DNA of 64,000 bases from the human T2T-CHM13v2.0 reference genome, Homo sapiens, in NCBI RefSeq assembly GCF_009914755.1, contig NC_060931.1; one strand, given 5' to 3'. The first letter of the stretch is position 1. The number at the start of each line of letters is the position of its first letter. The translations under genes were made by a program, and so were the position numbers. Of this stretch, positions 44,655-58,274 are shown piece after piece. The notes beneath the pieces were generated by a model. It was not told the origin of the DNA and made no database searches. It was given only the letters and a program-made list of their open reading frames with translations.

Positions 44655-44860
44655 TGTTATTCATTCAGCAGATATTTTTTGGACAGCTACTCTGTGCCAA
44701 GGCATTGGGGATAGAGCCTATTTTTATAGTACTAATATTTTAGAAAACACACATAGTTGTTGGGTACCTTTGTAGAGGTGCAGTAAGGATGAATAAAATA
44801 TCATCTCTGTTGCAAGTTGCTTGCAGTCTAACTGGAGTGAGATGACATCTGTTGTATGAG
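44655..44860 (-). mobile_element. L2 3' end fragments
   Basis: ttcattcagcagatattt..ctactctgtgccaaggcattggggatag. Confidence 0.55.
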
Positions 44861-47800
44861 AAGTTGAATAAGAACAGATTTGAATAACTGGTAAGACAAC
44901 AGAAATGTATCACTTGATGGTATTTGATAAATATTAATGCGAAGTGTACTGATTGTGGTTATCTTTCACAGATAGGAGAGGTCTCACCTGCTGGGTGACC
45001 TTATGTATTTAATGGTCTCAGCTTCCAGTCATAACCCTGACTCTTAGGAATAGGAATATTTCCCCTCCTAACTTCTTTCTCTGCTTATAGACTTGCCCTG
45101 TTTCTTCTGTCTATGCCATCTTGCAGATTACTATCACAATTGCTTTCAAAATGCGTAGACCTGACCACGTCACCAACTCTGCTGATACCCATTTGCCTGC
45201 AGAAAAAAAATCTGATTCCTTAAATGATTATATAATAAAAAGCAAAGGAAAGGCAGCTGTATATAAAATATTGTAACTTCAAGTGAGCATCTTGCTTCCA
45301 TTTCCAGTCTGACTTCTGGCATTGCTGTCCACATAATATGTCACAAAGAACTTCTCACCATTCCATGGACATGCCAAGCCATTTCACAACTTCTTTCCTT
45401 CATACTTTTTTTTTTTTTTTTTTTTTTTTTTTGGTCAGGAATCTTACCTCTGTTCTGTATTCCTGGTTCCCCATGTAAAGTCTGGTGTTCTTTGTCCTCC
45501 GATAATATTTTTGTGACCCTTTCTGTTGTAGTAGTTCCCAGGTCTGACCTTCCTCCCCACCCCTATAGGGCAAAGAGCCTCTCTTGTCTTTTCATCAGCT
45601 CACAGTTCCTAAGACTGTGCTTGACATTGACAATGACGTAGAGATCCTCAATAGATCTTTACAGAAGGGGTGGGATTTGTCCTCTGCTTTGTCATATGGA
45701 AGATTTGGATATGGAGAAGGCCTGTCATATAGCTCTGAGCTGGGGAAATGGTTTCCTTGTCACCTGCTTTTTAAATTTCCTCATACTGTTATATAATAAT
45801 ATAGACTTGGAGCCCTAATTCAGGGAGACTTTAGGTATAAGTACTGTCTGGTTGAAATACAAACCAAGACCTTAAAAATAGGTTGGATAAATATGTTTTC
45901 TTTTGTTTTGCTATGTGTGAATTGAAATTGTTGGATTATTGCTCCATCTGATTGGCAGCATGCTTGTTGCCTAGTGTGAAGTCTTCATGAGGGAAGCTGA
46001 GCAGTCACTCCTTAGTACTGTAGGTCTGATTTGGGGCTTTTCTGTGTCTTTTTCATTATTGAAACTGTGCATCATTAAAAATCACAGAAGGATTTACTCA
46101 ACTAATAGGCAATAAATACTATTTTTTGGCTTGAATTCTCTATTATTATTTTAAAGTTCTAAGTAACTTAAGGTTGATGGACCTTGACTGAACCCTGCTG
46201 TTCCCATCTCCCTCTCAGCCCCTGGCTTGGGATTCTTAATGTTCCTATTCCCCAGTAATAGTGCAAATGAGTTGGAAGTCAGTACGTCAGTGCCTTGCTC
46301 CACTCTGCTGTGTGTGCGTTGTATGATGGACCTTTTTGCCTGGCAGGTTGCTGCTGAGCCCAGCTCCTCAGAGCCTGTCCTAGTAGAATTTGATGCACAG
46401 GGTGGGCAGTGAAACAGCAGAGTTTCCTCCACCAGGCTCGGTTTCCACCATCTCCAAACTTTTAACCACCATTTATTTAAAAAAGACACCAAAAGAAAAG
46501 CAAGGAAAGGAGAAGTAAAGAATGGAAGAAAGGAAGGGAGAAAGTCACAGAGGTGACCTGGTCTTTGATTAGAAGTTTAGGTGACCATGTTTTGGTGAGA
46601 TGGTGTCACGTGCAGCTAGAGAGCTGGGGAGGCTTTTTTAGCTTTCTGATTGAATCTCTCAACATTTGAGTGAGAAAATCATAATTTGATGGTCTCTGCA
46701 TTTATGACACCTCCATTTCTTCATTTATAAAATGGACATCATGTTTGACACCTCTAATTCCTTGTGTTTGTAATAGTATAGGGAGAGAATGTAAGCAAAC
46801 AGTCACATTAGGAGTAAATTTGAGCAGGGCAAAATGGAAGGAACTGTTTTATTTCTTCAGGGTGGAACTATAGAAGTTAGTACTTCAAATGCAGACCTGC
46901 AGCCTTGTCCAAAATTTGTCAGGCTACATAAAAATGAAGAGATGAGACATTTCAGTGACCTCAGAGTCAGGAAGATATGCAGTTGAAGATTGTGTATCAT
47001 CACATTCTTACACTTGGGATGAATTCATTTCTTTCATTGTTCCTCATTTTCTTAATTTGGAATATCCAAAGGATACTTTTTTCTACCCTCTAAAAAGATG
47101 ATCTTACTAAGGTATCCAGAAAGACTCAATTTGTCTTCCTGGTATTTCTAATCAGATTCTGACTTAACAACATTTACTTTTAAAAATGTAGTTTTCCTAG
47201 TATTGACTCTGAGGAGGGCCACCATAAAGAGGCAGGTGGCCCCACCTTGTAGGATGGGCTGGAGGTAGAAAAATTCAGGAGTCTGGAGTCCTGGCCTGAA
47301 GTGCATCTAGTCTTTGTTCACCTCACCCGCTTTCTATTTTGGCCCTTAGTTAACCCCTCTCTAAAAACAGAAGGAACCAGCAGGCCACCTCTGAAGATCA
47401 TTTCATAAACCCGTTTGAAGATTTGTTGCCCGGTTTTGCATTGATTGGACTACTTTTAGGGTTCCAAAAGTTTAATCTTTTTGTCATCAAAGATTGTTTT
47501 ATTTTAAATATCAGTGAATTTGATGAATACTGATGTGATGGCTATGTGTCACACACAAACCCCTGAGTCCTGTGGCCACTGGGTGATTCTTTGAACTTAC
47601 TGTGAACACTGATTGTTAAAGGCCTGTTTGCTGAGAATGCTATAATGTAAATCTCTACTGTTTCTGTGCAGTGACTTTAATTATCTTAATCACCCATTAT
47701 GCCCGCCTTCTCCCAACCCCTACAAGCTAGGAGATTGAATTCATTCTTTCTCCACCTCTGCTTATGTTACCAGGTTAGGGTCAAAGCAGATCTTTTTATC

Positions 47801-49699
47801 TGAAATGTTTAAGTGGTTAGGCTGGGGTTACAATTCAGTTAGTTACTGGGGAAAGGAATTGTTTCCTCTTTTTCTAAGATGTGTGGTTCCCAATGGTTTT
47901 CTCTCATTTGAGGGCTGGTGGTGGTTTCCTTCTGTCATTTGTCAGTTCACTACATTTTGAAATAATGGCTTTAGGAATCCAGTGCCATCAGAATGATTGA
48001 CTTCTTGACATTAGCCAGGTGCTTTTTCACATTTTTCCCTAGTTTCTCCTATTGCTAGTGGTGGAGTTTGCTTGCTGTCGGCAGTCTGGAAGCAAAGCAG
48101 CATGTAGTTTGAACTCCACAGCATGGGAGAGTTTTTGAAGATCAAAGACAAAGATGAGTCATGTTGCTGTTCTTCGGTATTTCTGCTTTGGTGTAGTTAA
48201 TCACAGCTTTCCAAGGGGCAAATGGTAATAAGATCACTAAGTCTAGATAGATTTATGATGTCTCAACATTCAGAGACTGAAAGTAGAATTGATAGTCTTT
48301 TTTACGTCACAGACACAAACTTCCCCTTCCTTTCTTTCTCTCTAACCTCATTTTCTTTTGTCCCTCTCTATCTTTCCTTTTTCCCCCTTTCCTTCTGCCT
48401 TCCATTTTCCTTCCTCCTCCTCAAAGTTTCTTAGACCTCCAACATGAAATTGTCAAAATGCTAAGCTTGTAGTAGCACTCACTTTCCAATGTGTATGCTC
48501 CATCTGCCTTTATGTCTGACTTGGCTGTTGTAGTGGATCCCTGGGACCTTTCTGACCTTAGCAAGGAAAAAGTGATTTGCTAAATGCCATTTTTTCTTGT
48601 TTCTGTTCTTCTTCCAGCAGCATGAAGCTTGGTTGAGTACCAGAGTTGACAGAGTATTAGCTTTTCTCTGAGCCAGGTCTGCTTAAGTTTTTGCTTGATG
48701 GTTCCAGTTTATTGTTGGCCTTGGATCCTCCCGAATGAACACTCAGAATGTTCTCAGCGAGATGATATTGTGTAGTACATTTAGAACTCTCTGCCTTCTT
48801 TAACTGTCATTTTCCATTGTTTTTGGAAAAGAGAAAACATGGACAAGGAAAATGTTGTGCCAGTCATTCCTCTTAGTCCAGGTTTCCCTTCCTGAGGAAT
48901 TCTAGTTGATGGGCCAGTGTATGTGTGTCCTTGCTGGGTGCTCTAATGATGCAGTAGCCTGATGCTGCCCCAGGCACAAGTAGCATGCGGGGTGCTTGGC
49001 CATTGTTTCAGTTAGCAAAAAAATACCTGTTTGGATAACACTGACCTGCTTCAGAGTATGTTGTTTTCCTTGGATGACCCAGCTTTCTGTAATTCACATT
49101 TGGATTGGATTGTTTTTTCCTGGACTCCATGTCATCATCTCTGCTCTCCAACTGTTGTCTCCAGGTTGATGGGTACCAGTACAGGATTGATTTCTCTGTG
49201 TCCTTGTTTTTTTCTGTTTCTTTCAGGGATTGCTTTTTACATTGGGATGATTTCTGTGGTCAGGCAAAGGTACTTTTCCTTACAGGATTTTTTTAAATTT
49301 AGTTTTTAAACTGCCAGGAAGATATAATTTTTTAAAAATTTTTGTTTTATGTAACATAACTTGTTCTTTACATTTTAAAAATAGATGTAGAAAGGATGTG
49401 TTAAAAAAAAATAGCTGCGTAGAAAGCACATATATGGATAAAGCAGTGATTTTAAAAAATTTTTCTTCTAAAGATTTTAAAAGTCAAATCAAGAAAGTAA
49501 ATGAATTTGGTTGTTTTATTGCCGAAACAGACATTTTGACGTCATTTGGCAGGAAAGCCATTATGGAAACAGGTTATTTTTTGACAAGCTATTATATAAA
49601 ATGGGCAGACATTTGAATTATTTAACATCCCTTTTATCTTTTAGACATTTTTATTTATGGGGAAATCAATATCATTTTAAGGTTTTTCTCTTATGTATT

Positions 49700-50535
49700 C
49701 ATTTTTTATTTTAATTATTATTTTGAGTAGATAATGCATTTAATTGGTTTAAAATTCAAATGCTAATAAAGGGTATAAGTTAGAGACCTTTCTTTTGCCC
49801 TAGTCCTTCACAGGTTCATTTTACCACCCAAGAAGCAATTAGTATTACGATTTCCTTGTAAGTCCTTTCAGGGTTATTTTAGGCCTACCCGGGAAGATAC
49901 GTTTGTGGGTAGGTATTCTCCCTTTTTACACATATACTAGCATCATAAATAAGTTTAAATTTCATACATACCACCAAAAATAGTGTCTTTGCATTTGTGT
50001 TTCAATTCTATGTGCTTACAAGTAGTAAAGGATTATCATATTTGATCTGTACAACTTAGAGAAAGCTTGCAACTTTCCCGTAAAATTTTAGTCTAGTTTT
50101 CTCTATGGCCATAATTTTCCTACTTGAAAATGCAACTGTGAATTCTACTAATACTGGTGATATTGTTCATTCTGTCTTTGTTTATGATACTGCATTTTTT
50201 TTGCTGTTTTGTTTTAAATAACATTTACTGCTCATTTTTTCAATCATAAAAGCACTTGTTTATTCTAAAAATGTTTTTTGAAAAAAAGAGAAGATAAAGG
50301 GAAAAAACCCCTACCATTCAGGGTAGCATCTGTTAATACTTGAGTGTGTATTACTCTAATCCTTTTTTAAATGCACTTGTGTTTGCATAATTTTCAACTT
50401 AGCTAGTAATTATATGTTACTTACTGTTTTGTAACCTGCAATATGATGGTTTCTCCATGTCATTAAATAGTCTTCTACATGAGGTACTTTATCATTTAAT
50501 ATCATTGAATGTTTAATCAATATCCTGTTGTTGGC
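49700..50535 (-). mobile_element. L1ME-like fragments
   Basis: ttttgagtagataatgcatt..ggtttaaaattcaaa; tttctccatgtcattaaatagtcttcta. Confidence 0.45.
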
Positions 50536-50539
50536 TATT

Positions 50540-50705
50540 TGTAGTGGTTTAGTGTATGGACTTTGAAACCAAATAGACATGAGTTTGAATCTCTGGGGTA
50601 GCATTACCTAAATCAGTCCTGTCATGACCATTAAATGAGGTAATATACGTTAAGCATTTAGTGCAGTGCTTGGGCACATTGTAAGAGCGTAATCGATAAC
50701 AGCAA
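50540..50705 (+). mobile_element. MIR
   Basis: gtggtttagtgtatggactttgaaacc..gagtttgaatc...attaaatgaggtaatatacgttaagcatttagtgcagtgcttgggcaca. Confidence 0.75.
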
Positions 50706-52741
50706 ACTACTGAGTCAGGGTTTAGGAAAATTAAGAACAGAGAGCAGTACACAATATGACAAATAAAATGAACTAGTTCTGGGTCCTGATAAGGCTGAGT
50801 GAGAGACAGAAGGGGATGAGCAAAGTGAGCAGTGTGGTTGGGGGAGATACAGAGTGAGTTCTTAAGAGGAAGAAGGCAGCCAGCCTTATTTCCCTTAAAC
50901 CCCCACACCTCCTAGTTGCTTTCAAAACCAGTCCAGCAAGATTACAGTCTATTGCGTGTCCCTCTTTAGGAAGTCTTTTTCCCTCCCAGGTGCTTGGTTC
51001 CCCTGACTAGGATGTTATGAGTCTGGGAGGAAGTGGGAATGGCCTTGGGAAGGGGGAGCTGGGAGAGAACTCAACATCTTATTTCCTTCTTTTCTGAGTT
51101 TCTTGACACATTTTTCACAACCAGGTAAGGTTCCCATGGGAATTGGCGGGACATCTCAGGGGGACTTAATTTACTGTGACCCAAAAGAAACTAAAGAAAG
51201 GGCAAAGTATGCACCCTACCAGCAGGTTTTTTAAAATCCAAGTTTCTCTGAAAGTCTCAGACTTACTAAAGCTCAAAATTAAAGATTCTCAATCCCCTGA
51301 ATTTACCTGTCTAACCATAAGTTTGTTTGATCATCAGTTAGGAACAAATGTTGGATGCCTTGCCTCTCTCAACATTTTCGAGCTCTGCAAATGAACGCTC
51401 AATTAATTAATCCAGCATTACAAACTGTTCTTTTTTTTTTCTATTCACTTTGACATATTTGCTTTTAAAAGTCAGACTTAATTGAGGAGGTATTGGCGAA
51501 TTCAGATATTGATCAAATTTAGATAATATTATAAAGTGAGTTTATTTCTAATCCCATAGGTAGCATATTTTGTTTAAAGTGACCTTGATATTTAAAGTGA
51601 AAGAGAGATTTGTTGTGATTTATGTTATAGAGTGATGCATTTTATTTACTCATATCATAGTCAACACTTAAGCAATGAAGGATTTGCGCTGGTATTAAAT
51701 ATTGAGTATGACGACAACAAAATGAAGCAGAAATGCTGCTTTATTAAAAAATGTAGGCAAACTTTTTAAAAAAGTAAATAACTACTTTTGTAAATGCAGT
51801 GCTATATTTTTATACTATCCTTTTCCCATGGTGGTATCTTTAAGTTTCCACTGATTTTAAATAATACCCCTTTCAAAATTAAGTGCATATTGACTGCACT
51901 AGGTGATAGAAAAAAATCTGATTTTATATACATCCACAGCAATAGTGTTATTTGTCATCTCAGAAAACTTATCTACCAGTTCTTTTAATTCTTCAAGGAA
52001 AGGCAGTTGGTGCTTTATTCTTGGGAAAGTATTGAGGTTTTATTTTGTTTTTATAAGCCATATTCCGTGATGTAGATGAAATCTGTTTTCTCTCCTTGTT
52101 CATTGGAGACATAACAAGTGTTCAAGGCCACCTCTGTGGTTTTCCTTCTTGCTACCTGATTCTTGATAAGTTGTTTATTCTAAGGACTGAAGCAATTAGG
52201 TTTGGGATCCATTTCAGCTCTGTATAGCCTAGAATGAAAATTCTGATCTTTATCCATTTTCATTGTCCCAATTACTTTATCTTTTCTTCTCTTCCGTCAC
52301 TTCAGCAAGAGTAGCAGTCCCAGTGCTAAAAAAAAGATGGAGTATTCCTTTAATGTTTGCACATATATGAGACTCCTCATGCATTCTTTTTTTTTTCAGC
52401 TTGCTTTAAAAAATACTTGATGAGCAGTGGAATGTCATCATTTTTAGTAGTTCTAACCATTTTGCTGTTGTTTACCATCCTGTTTTCTTAGTTCCTGACC
52501 TTGGAAAGCTTTACAAACCTCTAATCTTCATCTTCTTTGTGACTAACCCCATTGTCTTCCACCTCAGATGGTGTATTTGCCAAATTTTTGGTCTGTTTTC
52601 TGGAATGTATGTACAACTATAATAGTTTTGTTACTTGAAAGGGAGTAGAAACATGTGGACACCGAATAAAAATTGGTGGGTTGATTACAAGCCAGCTGGA
52701 GAATTATATGTAGGGAATCTAATCTCCCTTATTGACAGTAA

Positions 52742-53092
<351 letters not shown>

Positions 53093-53095
53093 ACC

Positions 53096-53389
53096 TTTTT
53101 TTTTTTTTGAAACTGAATTTTGTTCTTGTTGCCCAGGCTGAAGTGTAGTGGTATGATCTTGGTTCACTACAACCTCTGCCTCCCAGGTTCAAGCAATTCT
53201 TGTGCCTCAACCTCCCGAGTAGCTGGGATTAATAGTGTGTGCCACCATGCCCAGCTAATTTTTGTACTTTAGTAGAGACGGGATTTCGCCATGTTGGCCA
53301 GGCTGGTCTTGAACTCCCGACTTCAGGTGATCCGCCCACCCCGGCCTCCCAAAGTGTGGGATTACAGGCGTGAGCCACCGCACCTGGCC
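53096..53389 (-). mobile_element. AluS (Sq/Sx-like), tandem with previous Alu
   Basis: poly-T, ttgttcttgttgcccagg...gagccaccgcacctggcc. Confidence 0.92.
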
Positions 53390-53593
53390 AGAACATACCT
53401 GAACCATGAATATCTTCCATGTCTCTTCTGTATTTTTTTCTGATTATAAAAGCAATATATGTTTATTATGCTAAGTTTGGCAAGTATAAAGGAAAAATAA
53501 AAGTAATTCAAATAACATTTTGGTGTATTTTCTTTCACTTATACATTTATATTCTAATCTGTCTGTGTGTCCTTTTTTAAAATGGACAATGGA

Positions 53594-53889
<296 letters not shown>

Positions 53890-55687
53890 GTTGACAGTGG
53901 ATTCTGAACATCTCCTCACATCCTTAAATAAACTTTTATGTATTGATTTTAATGGCTTTATGTTATTTTATTCCATGAGTATATAATTTATTTAACTGGT
54001 GTATGTTCATCTTATTTTTTTTTGAACTATGGTGATGTGGTTTTATTTTGTTTTAATAAACAAGCCATACTGTATATTGGTATCAACTAGATTCACTAAG
54101 CCCTACAAAATTATAGTCATCTAGATTTGAGAGGATGTAAAGATTAGAAGAGTTAAAGACAAAAATCTTCTATGTCTATTTATTGACAGTGTTGAGCACT
54201 TTCTTACATAGGATTTGGTCATTTAAGAAGCTTGATAGCTTTTTCCCATCCTTTTATGTCCTTGTATTTTATCTCATTGAAAAAGTCAACGTTTTTTGTT
54301 TCCTGGGGTTTTACTTCTCTCATATTAAACCTTAATTTCATTCCCTTTTTTATCTTAAATACCATTTAGCCTAGGTACTAATGATTAATTTATGATTCCC
54401 TTATTTTAAAACAACATAGCAACAAATACTCCCTTTTTTAAATTTTTAAAATTTTTGACGTGCTTTTATATAGATCAGCAAGAGGTATAGCTGTAGAGTG
54501 GATAGTTTTGGAGAGAGCCAGAGTCATTAACAGAATTTGGAGGTCTCTGTATGTCAGTCTTCTTGTGGACCACCCTCTTAGCCATCTCCCTGTGTCATTC
54601 ATTTCTTTTAAAGGGTAGCTTCTAAAATGACTCCAACTTGGAAGGCCCTTGGGCTGGCCTTTCCAGACTGAAGTTCAATCCAGGCATAAAATAGACTTTC
54701 TTTATTGAAATGATGTTGATACTATACCTTTTACGTGGTTTCCTATCCTCGCACTTCAGATATTATTCTGATATTTAGGATCTTAGTTATAACTCTTTTA
54801 GTAACTAGATGTTTAAACTTGGGGAAGCCACATAACTTCTGAATCTGTTTTCTCTTACAGTGTATGAGTGCTCTAGGTGATAACTGTGGCCCTTTTCATT
54901 CTGATTTAAAGTAAAGCTTTCATTTTAATTTATCCCTTAAAAGCTCACTTAACCAATTAAGAGTTGGAATTTAAAATGAAATCTTCCAATAATTAAATCG
55001 TTAAAAATTTAAATATTGATCATTTTTTAAAATTAATTTTTCCTATGCAGATACATTTTGTGTTTACTGTTTTATAACCTAGCCTAATTGCAAATTATGA
55101 CTTTGCAATTTATATTTCACATCTCTTTCAAAATACCCCTTTTCATAATTTGGGGGCAAATTGTTTAGCTTCTGTGAATGATTAATAACTCTTGTATTGT
55201 CATTGTAGATGTTATTGATGTATCTTTCCACCGCTCCCCAGCCCTATTAACTATGGATTGTTTTTCTAGACTTTTTAGCCCAGACTTATCATTGGATATT
55301 ACTTAATTTATTCTATTCTTATGTTTATCACGATGCATATTCACAGGAATTATAGCAGATGTCACTAATCAAATACTTATTAGATCTGATATGGCATTTC
55401 ATTTTATAATCTTCTGTCAGTTTTAACCATTTATTATGCGGGTTTTATTAATAAGTATCATTTTATTCTCAACATGCCTATGCATCTTGGTTTGTCTTTT
55501 ACAGAGAAAAATAAAGGAATAGTATATTATGCACCTATTTTTAATATTTCAGATGTAATTATACTAGATATAATTAACCTGAAATGTAGTTGTTCCTTAA
55601 TACATTTATTTGCATTACTTTTCTGGGTGGTTTCTTTAATAACATATATAGTTAGCATTTTTCTTACTATTTTTCTAATGTAGCAAG

Positions 55688-55980
55688 TTTTTTTGTTTGT
55701 TTGAGGCAGTCTCGCTGTTGCCCAGGCTGGAGTGCAACGGCATGTTCTCGGCTCACTGAAGACTCTGCCTCACAGGTTCAAGTGATTCTTCTGCCTCAGC
55801 CTCCCAAGTAGCTGGGATTACAGGCGCCCACCACCATGCCCGGCTAATTTTGGTATTTTTAGTAGAGACGGGGTTTCACCACGTTGGCCAGGCTGGTCTC
55901 AAGCTCCTGACCTCAGGTGATCTGCCTGCCTCAGCCTCCCAAAGTGCTGGGATTACGGGTGTGAGCCACTGCGCCCAGCC
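55688..55980 (-). mobile_element. AluSx-type element
   Basis: full antisense Alu ending gcgcccagcc. Confidence 0.93.
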
Positions 55981-57344
55981 GCAAATTTCATTTCTATTTC
56001 CTATACCTTCTGGTTGTTCTGATATATATATATCAGAATATATATACATATTCTTTCAGTGGTGGGGCTTTGGATCATTCCTTTACTTTTTTTTGAGATT
56101 GTTTGACCACCCTCATTTAGAGTGATTTCTGTGAAGATCTTGGACAGCGATTACAGTAAATTCCTGTCTGTAGTTGGAAACCTCATTTGAGGATTTTCTA
56201 GTGTTTGAAAGTTGGTACTTTTGTATAATCTTGGTTATTGTATCATGATGCTTCTTTTACTGCCTGGGCATTTTCTCTGGAACTGCTAGAAATTTTGGCT
56301 TTGTTCTTCTTTCTTGTAGAGTTGTCTAAAATTTTCTGGAAAATCTATAGTGTCAAAATATTATTAAATATCATCACTGCTTTCTTGGGCTGGTCTTTTG
56401 ATAATCAGGATAATAAATTTATAGCTCAAAATGTTACCTCCAGAGCAAACACAATTCTTCTATTCTTGAGGTATTGACTTATCTCCTGGGCTAAAAGACC
56501 CAGAGACTTTTCTTTAATAGCCCAAGAATAAAAATTATTTCCATATTAAATCATGGAGTAGAGCTCCCTGGGTCATTTTTGTTTATTGCTTTACTCCTGT
56601 CTTGTAGAAGAATTTATCATTAGTTTTCCACCTGACCTCTTAGAGGTAGGGGCGGAAGAGGAGTCAGCTTAGCTGATCTGAAGAGCATCACACAGGAAAG
56701 ACCACAGGTGATGCATCAGGGAGAGATTTGTTGCTGTGTATACTAGCGATACATTCAAACAGGGTATGTATTATTAACTAAGATAGGAGAGTCCTTAAAA
56801 CCCGAATTACAGTCTGGTTCGTTTGAATGAGTATGTGCCAGGAATCTTGGAAGCAAATGCAGCAGATGAGGGAAAAGCCTGTAGGGATCCTGCCCCCTGC
56901 CCCCTCCCCCACATAGTTTAGATCTGTGTCTTCTTTGCATCCTGAACAGTGGCTGTACTCTTCATCTGGAGCAAAGGACCTGCTGTGAGGCAGTTTCATT
57001 TCCTCTGAGGTGATTGGTAGGTTGGTTTATTGTTTGGACCATCCCTTGAGACACTGAAAGATTTCTTCCTCATTATGAGAGACTTTTAATTTAAAAAAAA
57101 TGGATTTGGTTGAGGTTCTCTGAAGTGGACAGATTAGGAGATTAAAAGACTCCTTTTATATGATTTGACTCTGATAGCTTAGTTTGTGTTTGTCAATGAA
57201 AACTCTTCTCCTTAGGCCACTGACTGCTCTCAACTGATTCTCAACACACTTTCTTTTATTATTAAAAATATTATTACAAGATTTTTTATTAAAGTGGTTC
57301 TCAGCATACTTTCTCTTATTATAGCTGCAGTCTCAAAAGTACAC

Positions 57345-57735
57345 CGTAGTGGATAAACAAAGTATGGTATATCCTTACAATCAGTACATTCTGTCCTAAA
57401 AAGGAATGAAGTCTGCTGTATACTTCAGCATAGATGAACCTGGAAAACTTGTCCCAAGTAAAAGAATTTAGACACAAAAGACTGCATATTATATGATTCC
57501 ATTTATACAGAATTTTTATAGGGATCTATAGGTGGTTGATGGTTTCCAGGGGCTAGAGGTAGGGGAAGTTGGGAAAAAGAAGTGACTGCTTCATGGATAT
57601 AGTTTCTTTTCAGTGAATTGGATAAGCATGATGTTGCACAGCATTGTGAATATACTAAAATCCACTGAACTGGTACACCTTAAAATGATTGAGATGGTGG
57701 ATTTCATGTTACATAAATTTGATCTTAATTAAATA
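57345..57735 (+). mobile_element. L1MB 3' end
   Basis: gtggataaacaaagtatggtatatcc...aaaaaggaatgaag...atatgattccattta...cattgtgaatatactaaaatccactgaac. Confidence 0.85.
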
Positions 57736-57784
57736 GTAAATCTGTATGTTAATGCTGTGGTTGCTGAATCAAGAAGGCCTTGGT

Positions 57785-58027
57785 GGCCGGGTGCGGTGGC
57801 TCATGCCTGTAATCCCAACACTCTGGGAGGCCGAGGTGGGTGGATCACATGAGGTCAGGAGTTAGAGACCAGCCTGACCAACAAGGTGAAACCCCATCTC
57901 TACTAAAAATACAAAAATTAGCTGGGCGTGGTGGTGGGCGCCTGTAGTCCCAGCTACTCAGGGGGCTGAGACAGGAGAATTGCCTGAACCCAGGAGGCAG
58001 AGGTTGCAGTGAGCCGAGATTGTGCCA
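57785..58027 (+). mobile_element. AluS, 3'-truncated and tailless, with intact TSD
   Basis: Starts ggccgggtgcgg, stops at gagattgtgcc(a); TSD caagaaggccttggt at 57770-57784 and 58026-58040. Confidence 0.93.
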
Positions 58028-58106
58028 AGAAGGCCTTGGTGTTTCTTGGTGCTAATGCTGGTTGGCATTTTAGCCAATTGGTTAAGTGTTGGTGAGAGTG
58101 GGGAGA

Positions 58107-58274
58107 GGAAGTACCTTATAATTGCACCTTTGAAGATAAGCCCTTCTACAGTGCCAAGTATGTTCCTCTGGATTCTGTTCCATGTTTCCCTCACTTTTCT
58201 TCCCCTGGTAGGATTACATCATATTTATCATTGTTTATTTGCTTTTCTATTTGGACATCTTTCCATAGCAGAAT
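58107..58274 (+). repeat. Dispersed direct repeat, copy 1 (168 bp)
   Basis: ggaagtaccttataattgcac...ctttccatagcagaat; 10 differences from copy 2 by manual alignment. Confidence 0.95.

Noticed and set aside
48590-48620. Strong-looking acceptors (here, and near 22160 and 25470) and lone donors (near 8024, 10725)
   Set aside because: No matching partner splice site at exon-like distance; such decoys are common in long introns
56672-56720. Hairpin-like ctgat..gcatcac..gtgatgc.atcag as possible snoRNA/miRNA
   Set aside because: Short interrupted stem, no convincing C/D or H/ACA box arrangement
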